From positions 1 to 64,000 of the IMG/VR virus record IMGVR_UViG_3300046167_000032: a stretch of DNA of 64,000 nucleotides. One strand, given 5' to 3'. Origin of the DNA: a virus. A program made the position numbers and the translations under genes. The notes beneath the pieces are model-generated. The model was not told the origin of the DNA. It did not search any database and saw only the letters and a program-made list of their open reading frames with translations. Shown one piece after another: positions 1-10,705 of this stretch (within the stretch, counting starts at the first letter, position 1; every line of letters begins with the position of its first letter).

Positions 1-209
1 TCTGGGTCTTTTACTGTAGTATATCTATAGAGTAATCCATTTATATCTACACCACCAATACTAGGTAAGATAGAATCCATAGACCAACCTAATGCACCTG
101 ATGCCGCATTACCTGTAGCTCCATACGTATATGGTTCAGAGTAGGAGTAAGAAGGCAAGAGTACTAAAGATAACACCCAAGCCAATCTTAGTTTCACTGT
201 TCTCATCAA
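1..209 (-). CDS. 5' part of secreted protein (allele of 53904-54776), truncated by window edge
   Basis: Nucleotide match to 54568-54776. Confidence 0.85.
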   Translation of the reverse strand, partial: MMRTVKLRLAWVLSLVLLPSYSYSEPYTYGATGNAASGALGWSMDSILPSIGGVDINGLLYRYTTVKDP

Positions 210-693
210 ACATCTTTCTGATTACATTATTTTGATCTCGTTCGATCTCATCTTTAACTGCTTCCATATCCCATGCTAGTCTAGCTTGATCACCAACTAA
301 TCCATCTTTAGGACATGGTGTACCTGCATTCATCATAGCATCGAACACTCTTTCGTCTTGACACATTACTGATACTGCGGCTACCTTCATGCCCATGTCA
401 TACATAGTCTTAGCATTCTTGAGCTTCTCACAGTTCATGTCACGTACTGTACGACCTGCTGAGATACCTAGTATCTGTGTCTGTACCGCCCCTGCTACAC
501 CTACAGTACATAAGTCAGAGTTACTTGCACTTATCTGTGGAGATATGGCTGATGGTGGTGGGCTATTGATTGTAGTATCCATAGACCCATTAGATGTTAT
601 AGTACTGTTTGTATCAGTATATATTGTGTCATCATCATTGGCATATACAGTACTGCCAATTAGTAGGGTAAGTAATATAAGTAAGAGTTTCAT
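136..693 (-). CDS. Secreted Cys-containing protein with C-terminal membrane anchor (copy A)
   Basis: Sec-type signal MKLLLILLTLLIGSTVYA, 4 Cys, hydrophobic C-terminus; allele at 54703-55257. Confidence 0.8.
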   Translation of the reverse strand: MKLLLILLTLLIGSTVYANDDDTIYTDTNSTITSNGSMDTTINSPPPSAISPQISASNSDLCTVGVAGAVQTQILGISAGRTVRDMNCEKLKNAKTMYDMGMKVAAVSVMCQDERVFDAMMNAGTPCPKDGLVGDQARLAWDMEAVKDEIERDQNNVIRKMFDENSETKIGLGVIFSTLAFLLLL

Positions 694-956
694 TTATTAT
701 CTTGTTCTGCCATTCTCTCTACTAGGTTACGAATAGCTTTAATGTTTTCATCAATACGACCTAGAGAGACAGCTTGCATTTGTACTGTTTTCTCTAGTGT
801 ATTTATACGAGTTTCTTGACGAACTAAATCACGAGCATTATTTTTGACGGAAGAGTCTAATGAAGACACATACCATACAAGTGATATAGTTTGTAGTACG
901 ATAGCTACGATTAACGTAACTGGTACTGACTTAGAAAGATGCCAACTCTCGGTCAT
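690..956 (-). CDS. Single-TM coiled-coil membrane protein (copy A)
   Basis: TM segment VPVTLIVAIVLQTISLVWYV followed by a heptad-rich tail; identical protein at 55254-55520. Confidence 0.8.
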   Translation of the reverse strand: MTESWHLSKSVPVTLIVAIVLQTISLVWYVSSLDSSVKNNARDLVRQETRINTLEKTVQMQAVSLGRIDENIKAIRNLVERMAEQDNK

Positions 957-976
957 GGTTTAATATAATCCCCTCA

Positions 977-3334
977 TTAAGATATTCTGACCCATATTCC
1001 ACCCGGATATCGACCACTGATATTTGTAGTCATACTTGACATAAACCGCCAAGTACCTGAAGGTGCGCTTTCGACACCATGCCATACACCACCATTTACA
1101 GAACGTTCATTACCGTCTCCGCCAGTGTTCCAACCTAAACCTGCAGGTCTTAAAGTAGAGCCAGCTTTTGTAGCACCGCCCGAAATAGTTCCGTTATTCT
1201 GCAAATGATATCCAAATATATAAGTACCAACAGCACCATAAGATGTACTACCGCCAACACCTGTTAGGTTAGAGCCATCGCCTGTGTATGACGTTGCGGC
1301 TACTGTGCCTGTTACTGTGACACCACTTGATGTTGTTTCAAGTTTCTTAGAACCATTATGGTATAAGTCACACGAGCCATTTCTCTTAAATGCAGCAATA
1401 ATTTCGGAAAAATCACCGTTTGCAATCGTTAACCCACTCCCACTCATGGGCATGTTAAGCCAACCAGAGGTTAATGCATGTTTTATATAAGAGTTACTAC
1501 CATCATGGTAAATCTCTAAATCGTCATGTGTTCCGCAAATTAACTTATCGTTATCTGTTAAATTTACTCCGCCATTAAAAGATGCACCAGCATTGAAATA
1601 AGCACGACCTGCATTTGACATATCAAGGGTAAGGGCTGTGATAGTTGAACCACCATCGTTACCCATAAAGACTATATCTTTATCTTGCTGTCCTGCAACA
1701 AGTCTAAAATCATTAGCTCCTGAATTCTGCAAGAAACCTATGTTAGTTCCACCATCTTTAAAATAAATACCTCCACCATCAGCATCAAGGGTAATGTTTC
1801 CTGCAACGTCTAGTGTTAGGTCGCCAGATGGACTAGCTATAGAGCCATCTAAGTAGAAGTCTTTAAAACGGCGGCTTGTACTCCCTAAATCAACAGTATT
1901 ATTTGATGTAGTGCCATAATTGTTAGTTGGTATGATATTGCCATATCCGAAAGACAAACCAACATGATTTGTAGTTGATGAATGTATTACAAGGTCATCA
2001 GATTTAGTCCCAATACTACCTACAGTTGCGCCGTCTTTGCGGAAGTCTACAATATCACCATCGTTTGTTTGTCTATTAAAAAAAGCAACTTGCCCACCGC
2101 TTCTTGCAACGGATAAGGTAGTAGGAGAAATCTGAATGCCCTGAACACTACTAGAAGATGCAACACCTGCAGTAGTAGTACCCACCAACACGTTGCCTGA
2201 TGAGTCTATGCGCATACGTTCTGTAGATCCACCTGTACCAAGAATGGTATGTGTACCCACTGCGCCTATAAAAGCACCTCCCGAAGAACCACTATCTTTT
2301 ATAACAATATATGCGTTTGCATCACCACTGCTTTGAAAAGTAGCTACTGTATCTACTGTACCTGAGTCCACAGTCAGCCCATCGCTGGTCACTGTGCCTG
2401 TTACATCAATGCCTAAATCTGTTGTCTCAAAGCGTTTACTGTCATTATAATTAAGCTGTACTTTACCGCCTTCAGTAAACATAGCATAAGTTGCGTTAAC
2501 TGCACTATTAACAAATCGCATATTAGATGCGCCGCCAATGTATAAATCACCATTGCCGTTTTCTATTATTTTACTATCGTTACCATCATGGTAAATCTGT
2601 AAATCAGACCCAGCACCAAACTTAGCTTTGACGTTATCATTATACAGTACATCGCCTGTCATTGTGCCACCAGCTAAAGGTAACTTAGTAGCCAATGCTG
2701 TTGTGAGTGTAGAGTTATAATTAGCATCATCATTGATAGCCGCCGCTAACTCATTCAAGTCATTGAGTGTACTAGGTGCGCCACCAATAAGTGTTGTAAT
2801 TTTATCTGTAACGTAAGCTGTTGTAGCTACTTTAGTACTATCATCAGACTCAGCTTGTGTAGTTGCTGTAGTAGTAGATGCTATAGCACCACTAAGTGTA
2901 CCGCTAAGTGAACCACTGATAGTACCTGTAGCTGTTATGTTACGGAAGCCTGTTATATCTTTGTTTGTATTGACTACGACAGCTTTAGATGCTGATACTG
3001 TACCTGCAGTAATACCATCAATACTCTCTAAGTCATTCTCATTAATATCAGCACTACCTATTACAAAGCTACCACCTGTTATAGCACCTGTAGTTGTTAT
3101 AGTAGATGAGCCATTGTCTATATTACCAAAGCCTGACGTTATGCTACCACTATTCAATGCACCTGTAGAGGTTATGTTAGTTGTAGTGATACCATCGACG
3201 TATGCTTTGATAGACTGCTGACTAGCTATACCAGTAGCAGAGTCACTAGCAAGATTATCCTCATCAAGGAAGCTCTTACCATCTAAGATGTTTATCTCTT
3301 GAGCACTATCTGCTAAGTCTCTTGCCTTACTCAT
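977..3334 (-). CDS. Tail fibre 2 (allele A)
   Basis: APSTLNDLNELAAAINDD and GGTMTG fibre motifs, ERMRIDSSG repeat, C-terminal GTWR..M...WVRIS tip domain. Confidence 0.88.
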   Translation of the reverse strand: MSKARDLADSAQEINILDGKSFLDEDNLASDSATGIASQQSIKAYVDGITTTNITSTGALNSGSITSGFGNIDNGSSTITTTGAITGGSFVIGSADINENDLESIDGITAGTVSASKAVVVNTNKDITGFRNITATGTISGSLSGTLSGAIASTTTATTQAESDDSTKVATTAYVTDKITTLIGGAPSTLNDLNELAAAINDDANYNSTLTTALATKLPLAGGTMTGDVLYNDNVKAKFGAGSDLQIYHDGNDSKIIENGNGDLYIGGASNMRFVNSAVNATYAMFTEGGKVQLNYNDSKRFETTDLGIDVTGTVTSDGLTVDSGTVDTVATFQSSGDANAYIVIKDSGSSGGAFIGAVGTHTILGTGGSTERMRIDSSGNVLVGTTTAGVASSSSVQGIQISPTTLSVARSGGQVAFFNRQTNDGDIVDFRKDGATVGSIGTKSDDLVIHSSTTNHVGLSFGYGNIIPTNNYGTTSNNTVDLGSTSRRFKDFYLDGSIASPSGDLTLDVAGNITLDADGGGIYFKDGGTNIGFLQNSGANDFRLVAGQQDKDIVFMGNDGGSTITALTLDMSNAGRAYFNAGASFNGGVNLTDNDKLICGTHDDLEIYHDGSNSYIKHALTSGWLNMPMSGSGLTIANGDFSEIIAAFKRNGSCDLYHNGSKKLETTSSGVTVTGTVAATSYTGDGSNLTGVGGSTSYGAVGTYIFGYHLQNNGTISGGATKAGSTLRPAGLGWNTGGDGNERSVNGGVWHGVESAPSGTWRFMSSMTTNISGRYPGGIWVRIS

Positions 3335-3345
3335 ATTTTATATCC

Positions 3346-3762
3346 TTATGTTGGCTTTGTAGGCCATGTTACTGTATTCGGAAAACCTGCTTGATCTGGT
3401 AGGTTTAGCAAGTCAGTTCGGTATTGTGTCCACTCTGCTTGTTTAACATCTGTAAGTTCAGCCCAACGTAGAGGGTTAGTTACTATAGGGTCTACTTCTT
3501 CTACTAACCTTTGGTCACGCTGACCTCTTAGGTTTGCCGCTAGTTCTGCATCTAGCTCTGCTTGAGTAGGTGCTACATAAGCCGCATAGTCTGAACCGAT
3601 AAGTTCAAGCAATACGCTGTTGTCTACAGTATTATCTGTATCATCAGGCATTAATGAATAAGGTATCCAATCAAACTCTGGATGGTTAATTTCTAGTTCA
3701 AATGCAGTATTCTCTGCGTTTAATGATTGTGCGTTACGCACTTCTGTTATTGTTATTGTCAT
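3346..3762 (-). CDS. Tail fibre assembly chaperone-like protein
   Basis: C-terminal W..YR..LL.LP.QAGFP..V.WPTKP motif; start MTITITE has an AAGGA RBS. Confidence 0.8.
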   Translation of the reverse strand: MTITITEVRNAQSLNAENTAFELEINHPEFDWIPYSLMPDDTDNTVDNSVLLELIGSDYAAYVAPTQAELDAELAANLRGQRDQRLVEEVDPIVTNPLRWAELTDVKQAEWTQYRTDLLNLPDQAGFPNTVTWPTKPT

Positions 3763-3773
3763 TTTTATTTCCT

Positions 3774-6700
3774 TTACGATATTCTGACCCAAAGTGTTGG
3801 TGCTCTTACACCAAACTGCGCACCTGTAGCCGTACCGCCCATGTTTCTCCATGTACCTGAAAGACCACAACTTGCTGCACCATTAAAATCTGTAGCTAAT
3901 GGTCGTTGGTGTGTAGAGCTATAGTAATCTGTTACAAGCGTATTACCTGCCGCAGTAGCCCCAGCCGCTATAGATGTGCTGTTACTATTAGACGTAGCAC
4001 CTACAGTATAAGTACCAACATCGCCACGGGTTGTACTACCTCCAACACCTGTTAGGTTAGAGCCATCGCCGTAATATGTTACAGCGTGTACTTCTTTAAA
4101 ACGACCTCCTGTATAACCAAGCTTAACAGCATTATCTCTTGTTGCTCCAACTTCTGTCGAAGGAAACACTAGGTCGTCAGTAGCAAAGAAACCTAAACCT
4201 GTATCTCCCTGCCCAACACCAAGTGAACCACTGGTAACACCAATACTACCTACATCTGCCCCGCCTTTGCGGAGTTGTATAATAGTGCCATCATTAGTAA
4301 GTCTATCAAAGAAAGCCGCCGCACCACTTGCTCGTCTTGCTTGCACAAAACCTGCTTGACCTATTGTAACAGCATTTTGTGAGCCTTGTAATGTAGAGCC
4401 AATTACAACATAGCCATTTGAGTCTATGCGCATACGTTCTGATGCTGAAGTGCTAAAATGCATATGGTCATCAGAGTGGTCGTAGGTAATAATACCTCTA
4501 TTTGGTGCATTTCCAGTTGTTCCATCAGCAAAATGTATTGAACCATTACTAGCAGTACCAGTTCTAATGGTCATACCAAAATCTCCACCACTATTACCAA
4601 TAACTAAATCATCAGCAGCAGTGTTAAAATCTCCCGGTGTATCTTGTGCTATACCAACTCGCCCTGACGAGTCGATGCGCATACGTTCTGTGTTGTTAGT
4701 GCCTAGTATTAAGTGGCTGTTTGACCTGTTAAACATCCCAACGCCAGTGCCTGAGTAAAGTTCCATCGTGTCTGCTGAGGTTGCGTCTAACCAGATACGT
4801 GCATCGGAAGTGTCTGCAACGTGCAAATCAGCAATAGCGTTAGGTGAACTCGTCCCAATACCAACATTACCTGATGCGTCTATGCGCATGGCTTCTGTGC
4901 CGTTAGGTCTAAACACAATAGGATTGTTGTCTGTGTGTAACAACAAGTCATTAGCTGAATAACTACCAGATATAGAAGCCCCATCACCAACGTAAACTTC
5001 TGTGTTATAACGGGTAAAACCACTGAGGTAGAGGTCTTTCCAACGTACATTTGATGCACCTAAATTTACATTTGCATCGTTAAAAGCACCAGAGTTTGTC
5101 GCTGGGAGTAGAGCATCGGTAATTTTAATACCTTTACCAGATGTGCCGTGAGAACCAATATAAGGGTATGAGCCATTAGCACCAATACTACCTACAGTTG
5201 TGTTGTCTTTTCGGAACTGTGCAATAGTGCCATCAGAAGTTGTTCTGTTAAGGGTTAAAGGTTGTGCAGACGCACGAGTTGATATTAAATCTCCGTTTGG
5301 ACGCATTTCTGCGCCTACAGTAGAAGCTCCTACAGCACTCGTCTTACCCACCAACAAGTTACCTGATGAGTCTATACGCATGGCTTCTGTGTTGTTTGTT
5401 CGTAAAATTAAGGGTTGGTTAGTTTTAGAACCTACAAATGTACCTGTGTTGTCTGCATACAAACGCCCATATGCTGTTGTTACATCTCCAAAATCAATAG
5501 TACCATTTGAACCACTATCCACAGTCAGCCCAGTAGTTGTAAGCGCACCCGTCATTGTACCACCAGCTAGTGGTAGTTTAGTAGCAATAGAGTTTGTTAT
5601 AGTAGTACTAAATGATGCATCATCGTTTAAAGCTGCGGCTAACTCATTAAGTGTATCAAGAGAACCCGGTGAGCTATCTACAAGGTTAGCAATAGCTGTG
5701 TCTGTATAAGCTTTGATAGACTGTTGTGTGGCTAGTGCTGTTGCACTGTTAGATGCCATGTTATCTTCATCAAGTATGTTTGTAATAGACACAGAGCCTG
5801 TACCAGATAAACTATCAAACTCAACTGATCCACCAACGTCTAAGTTACCTGTCATAGTACCGCCAGATAAGTTTAGTTTTTCTGTATCATTAGCTAATGG
5901 AATCCAGTTACCTGCATGTGCGAAGTAACCTTTACCTGTTGCATGAACATGAGCAAACATACCGTGATAAGTTGATGCACTTGGTAGGTCTGATAATTGA
6001 GAATATACGTTACCGAATAAAACTTTATTGCCGTTACCATCAATGTCACCTGTCATAGTGCCACCAGCTAGACCTAAGAACCTAGCATCTGCCGCAGTCT
6101 TACTGTAGTGATCTGCAAGTTGGAATGTACCATAACCTACGATGTCAATAATATCACCAGCAGTAGCACCTGCACTTAGTACTACAGTAGAACCACTTGT
6201 AGCTGTTACGTCTGTACCAACTAAAAGTTTTACACCATTAAGATATACATCTACATAGCCTACATCATATGTTGCAGAGAACGTAGTCTGTCCTGATGTA
6301 GCAGTATATGTGTTACGACCAGATGTACCATTAACTGATGAACCTGCCGCTTGCCAACCACCCGATCCACTACGAACAAACATAATGTTACTTGTAGTGT
6401 TAAAATACAATGCACCTGCTATTAAAGCGTCACCGTCATTGTCTACTGAAGGAGCAGATGATTTAGCACCTAAGTATCTGTCGTCAAAGTCATCATAAGA
6501 ATTAGCGGCATTAGTAGCACTGGTAGCCGCAGCTGTTGCTGAGTTAGCTGAGTTTGTAGCTGATGTTGCCGCATTGGTAGCTGAAGTAGCCGCTTGAGTA
6601 GCACTTGCCGCCGCCGCAGTATTAGAACCTGCGATACTATCAACATAAGTTTTTGTAGCCGCATCAGTATTAGCAGTAGGTGTACCTAATCCAGTAATCT

Positions 6701-8385
6701 TATTGCCACCCATAGCTATAGCAGATGCCATAGTACCACCTGATTTTAGTAAGGCAGTTGTGTCAACGTAGTTCTTAGTAGCACCATCTTGGTTAGCAGT
6801 AGGATCACCTAGTCCAGTTATCTTACTTGTACCCATAGCTATAGCACCAGACATAGTGCCGCCTGATAAGTTTAACTTAGTAGCATCTTGTGCATCTACA
6901 TAACCTTTACGAGATAGCTCATCATTTGTTGCAGGGTTAGCTGTAGATGTTACAGCATTAGTACCCATTACAATGTCACCAGTTAGTGTTCCACCTGCAA
7001 GAGGTAACTTAGTAGCTATAGAATTAGTAATAGTAGTTGAGAAGTTTGCATCGTCATTGATTGCCGCAGCTAACTCGTTAAGAGTGTTTAGTGCATCAGG
7101 AGATGAGTCAACTAAAGCAGATACCTCAGTGTCTACATATCCCTTAGTAGCGGCATCTGTTGAAGCACTTGGAGCACCTAAGCCTGTTACTTTACTACCG
7201 CCCATAGCAATAGCACCTGACATAGTTCCACCAGACAGGTTAAGCTTTAGTGCATCTGCAGTATCTACATAGTTCTTTGTAGCCGCATCTTGAGCACTGG
7301 TTGGATCAGTAACATTAGCAATAGTTGTACCTGTAACATCTAGTGTACCGTTTACAGTTACATTGTTAAATGTAGATAAACCTGACCCTGCAGTTACATT
7401 ACCTGTTACATTGCCTGTAAGATTACCAGTAACGTTACCTGTGATATTACCTGTTACGTTACCTGTAAGTGGGCCTACAAGACTTGAACCTGTAATTGTT
7501 GTACCTGTGATTGCGGCTGTAGAAGAAGCACCAATAATAGTACCATCAATATTACCACCGTTTATATCTACAGTAGCTAACGTAGCCTGACCAGATGTAG
7601 AGACTGTAGTAAAGCTACCAGCAACGGCTGTTGATGCACCTATAACTGTATTGTCTATGTTACCTGCATTAATGTCTACAGTAGTTAGTGTTGATGTTCC
7701 TGTAGCAGTTAGGTCTGTCACAGTAGCAGGTGAAGCTGATGAAGCACCAATAGTTGTACCATCAATAGCACCTGCATTAATGTCCACAGTAGCCAGAGTA
7801 GCAGTTCCTGTAGCACTCAGTGTAGTAAATGAGCCAGCACCTGCAGTTGTACCACCTATAGGTTACGTTATCTATAGCACCAGAGTTAATGTCTACAGAA
7901 GTAATAACACCTGTAGTAATATTAGCTGTGCTTAGAGTAGTTGTTCCAGTAACACCTAATGTACTTCCTATAGTAAACGTACCTGCAACTGCACCATTAA
8001 TATCTACATCTAGTGTATCTATGTGTGCTGTACCATCTAAGTATAAATCTTTAAACTCTAAACCAGATGTACCTAAGTCTATATCATTAGTTATTACAGG
8101 TATAATAGCCCCATCAGAGAAGCGTATTTGTTCTACTGCGGCTGAAGATACCTCTACAAAGACACCTACTTGATTAGTAGCAGTGTTTATGACAACTTTG
8201 TTTAGTGCGTCAACATCACCAATAAGAGGAATGTAACCACCTTCTCCTATTGATCCATCGTGTTTGTGTCCACTTGACACTGCAAATGCATCACGGAGTT
8301 TGTTGTACTCGGCGTTAATAGGTGCTGCACGAAGTGTAGCTGTTGGTATTATGTCTGCTGAAGACTGTCTTACGTAACCTGCCAA
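3774..8385 (-). CDS. Tail fibre 1 (allele A), split by one extra base at about 7861
   Basis: ORFs 7777-8412 and 3774-7787 join into the protein that is intact at 59035-63813. Copy A reads ACCTATAGGTTACG and copy B reads ACCTATAGTTACG. TTG start at 8385 follows AGGAG. Confidence 0.88.
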
Positions 8386-8389
8386 AGTA

Positions 8390-9931
8390 TTATCTCCTGT
8401 CGGCTGTCTCATACGTCAAGGCTACTGCCTGTATAGTATGACTTGCATTTGTATTATTCGTAACGTAACTTATCGAAACAGAGTTACCTGATCCAGATAT
8501 ATTTGTAAGTGTTTTAGGTGAGGGATTACCATCATATATACCACCTGCTCCATATATAGCTGTACCATAAATTGAAGCCGCACCCTCTGTAGTAAACTCA
8601 TAGTTAGTAGGGTTGCTTGTCCCTGTGTCATCGTAGTCATAAGAGACACCAACAAAAACTTCTGTATCACCCTCTGATTTTAAGTAAGTGTTTACTTTAT
8701 GTACTATCTTACGTACTTCTGGGTCTTCCATATAGTAATAGGGTGTTTGATATAAACTAAAGATAGAGTTACCACCAAAGCTATTACCTTTTTCTTGTCT
8801 ATGTACTCTACCAGAACCATCTCCATGTATTACATGTTCAAATTGTCCTATGTATCCACTAGCTACACAATTTGCTTCCATACCAGTAAGCTGACTATAC
8901 TCAAAAATACTCTGCTTATTCTGACTCTTACGTATACCACCTATTAAAGATAGAGAAGCATCGTTTTTAAAGAAGAATCTAAACTGTGACTTCTTCCTAA
9001 GTACTACAATAGCTATATCTTCTATTTGTTCTGATAGATAATAATTATCAAATATAGATTGTATCTCTTTAGATACAGTAGCAAGTTCAACATCACCAAT
9101 TTTATCAGTACCAGAAACAGGACGTATACCATCAGGTCCTAAGAAAAGTAAATCACCACCAAACTCTACCACAGAATCAGGTGCAAGGCAACCCATATTT
9201 GAAGTAACATTTTCTAATATAAAATTAGACGAATTATTACCTGTTAGTCTTTTAATATTATTAGAACCAAAAATATATAATTGATTACGAAACTTTTTAA
9301 CTGCTGTTATAGTATAGCCTACATTAATAACACCAGCACCATTAGCAGGGCTAAAATCAGAATAATTTAATGGAGCACTAAAGTATAGGTTGTATGGCTC
9401 AGAAGAATCCCCACACAAAAATAAATGAGATGCAAACTCTTCAGAATACTTAGGGTTGTTTGGAGCTTGTGCGTGTGTTATCTGTGTGTATGCAGTACCA
9501 TCATATGTTGCCGCAGGGTTGATACCATCTGTAAGTAGTATAACTTCTCCTGACCAGTTAAAACTAGTAAAACGAATCCTACTAACATTAGTCATGTCAG
9601 GATTACCAGCTTCTGGTATAGCTACCCAAGAACTATTAGAGTTCTGCCATCTATATAGATAGTCATGACCAGATGTAGGTTTTCTACAGGCAAATATACC
9701 ATCGTGTAAATTACCATTGACTGTAAGGCCAAGTATAGCACCTGTACCGGGAACAGTACCATAGTCGTTAGCATAACCACTGATACGACGATACCCACCC
9801 GAAAGGGCAGGTTCATAGTTAATCATTCTTATAGCACTACCCGATAAGTTAGTAGCTTGGGTTAGCGGGTCTATATTAGTGACCAACCCCCCAGCACAAA
9901 CTGATAAGTATGTACTTAGTCTATCTGCCAT
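8390..9931 (-). CDS. Tail tubular/nozzle protein B-like (podovirus tail)
   Basis: 513-aa beta-rich protein between adaptor and fibre genes. Confidence 0.65.
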   Translation of the reverse strand: MADRLSTYLSVCAGGLVTNIDPLTQATNLSGSAIRMINYEPALSGGYRRISGYANDYGTVPGTGAILGLTVNGNLHDGIFACRKPTSGHDYLYRWQNSNSSWVAIPEAGNPDMTNVSRIRFTSFNWSGEVILLTDGINPAATYDGTAYTQITHAQAPNNPKYSEEFASHLFLCGDSSEPYNLYFSAPLNYSDFSPANGAGVINVGYTITAVKKFRNQLYIFGSNNIKRLTGNNSSNFILENVTSNMGCLAPDSVVEFGGDLLFLGPDGIRPVSGTDKIGDVELATVSKEIQSIFDNYYLSEQIEDIAIVVLRKKSQFRFFFKNDASLSLIGGIRKSQNKQSIFEYSQLTGMEANCVASGYIGQFEHVIHGDGSGRVHRQEKGNSFGGNSIFSLYQTPYYYMEDPEVRKIVHKVNTYLKSEGDTEVFVGVSYDYDDTGTSNPTNYEFTTEGAASIYGTAIYGAGGIYDGNPSPKTLTNISGSGNSVSISYVTNNTNASHTIQAVALTYETADRR

Positions 9932-10642
9932 TTAAATAATATTCTTATATAAAGAGTTACCTGATCTATGTATTACAGTTGAACGTAAATAGTCTTTGCT
10001 ATCTACTAGTAATCTACGCATAGATTTAATGCCCGTTCTAAACTTAGCATCGTGTAACTGTGCTGATTGCTCATTAGACCTAAAGTGCATTAGGTACATC
10101 ATAGCACCGTCAAGTACTACATGTTTAAATCTATCGGGAATAATACACACATCAGTACTTAGCACTAGATCAGCAGGTACTTTCCAGTATCTGTATTCTA
10201 TAATGTAAGTATTATCTGGTACAGGTGAAACACCAAACTTATCTTCTTGTGTTTTATATACTACATCAGGTTTTTGATAACCATCTGTTCCAGCTACATC
10301 ATCAAGACTTCTTCTATCACTTATGTATGATTCATACGAAATGCTAGGCAGTTGTGTTGGATGTGCAGATTGTGCATTAGTTAAATAAAATGTTTCCCAA
10401 TCTGCTTTAGAATAGTCAGAAGGGAAGTCATAGGTCTTTGTGCCTACTGCAAGTGTTTGTTCGTAAGTTACTAATGTGAAAGGCCACTCTTGTGCCTCTT
10501 GTAGTATCTCACGTACTGAAGAATTAATAGAGTCTTTAGCTAGTGACTGTACATTTTTAGTTGTGGCAAAATCAGCCTCACCAATCTCAACCTCGTTAAG
10601 ACGACGAAGTAACTCATTCACTAGATTTATATACGAAGCCAT
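9932..10642 (-). CDS. Tail tubular protein A / head-tail adaptor
   Basis: N-terminal YINLVNELLRRLNE and later EWPF pattern; follows the capsid gene. Confidence 0.7.
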   Translation of the reverse strand: MASYINLVNELLRRLNEVEIGEADFATTKNVQSLAKDSINSSVREILQEAQEWPFTLVTYEQTLAVGTKTYDFPSDYSKADWETFYLTNAQSAHPTQLPSISYESYISDRRSLDDVAGTDGYQKPDVVYKTQEDKFGVSPVPDNTYIIEYRYWKVPADLVLSTDVCIIPDRFKHVVLDGAMMYLMHFRSNEQSAQLHDAKFRTGIKSMRRLLVDSKDYLRSTVIHRSGNSLYKNII

Positions 10643-10662
10643 ATTAATTCCTACTGTTACAG

Positions 10663-10690
10663 ATATAAGTGGGCTAGTTTCCCAGCCCAC
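10663..10690 (-). terminator. Probable weak intrinsic terminator after capsid gene
   Basis: GTGGGCT/AGCCCAC stem followed by TTATAT on the minus strand. Confidence 0.5.
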
Positions 10691-10705
10691 CTACAGTATT
10701 TTATA

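Larger units (their letters stand above)
1..8572. repeat. Copy A of a non-identical genome-scale direct repeat (partner 54568-64000)
   Basis: Position 1 aligns to 54568 (offset 54567) and 8572 aligns to 64000 (offset 55428). Gene order is the same, with scattered SNPs and replaced fibre cassettes. Confidence 0.97.

Noticed and set aside
1809-2046. Near-identical fibre segments as a DGR template/variable repeat pair
   Set aside because: No reverse transcriptase in the genome; differences are not adenine-specific; both copies are internal coding modules
977-5550. Invertible tail-fibre shufflon
   Set aside because: All modules and linkers are in direct orientation; no silent inverted cassettes or adjacent invertase
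1-8572. Ordinary terminal redundancy or circular assembly overlap
   Set aside because: The copies differ by many SNPs and by non-homologous genes
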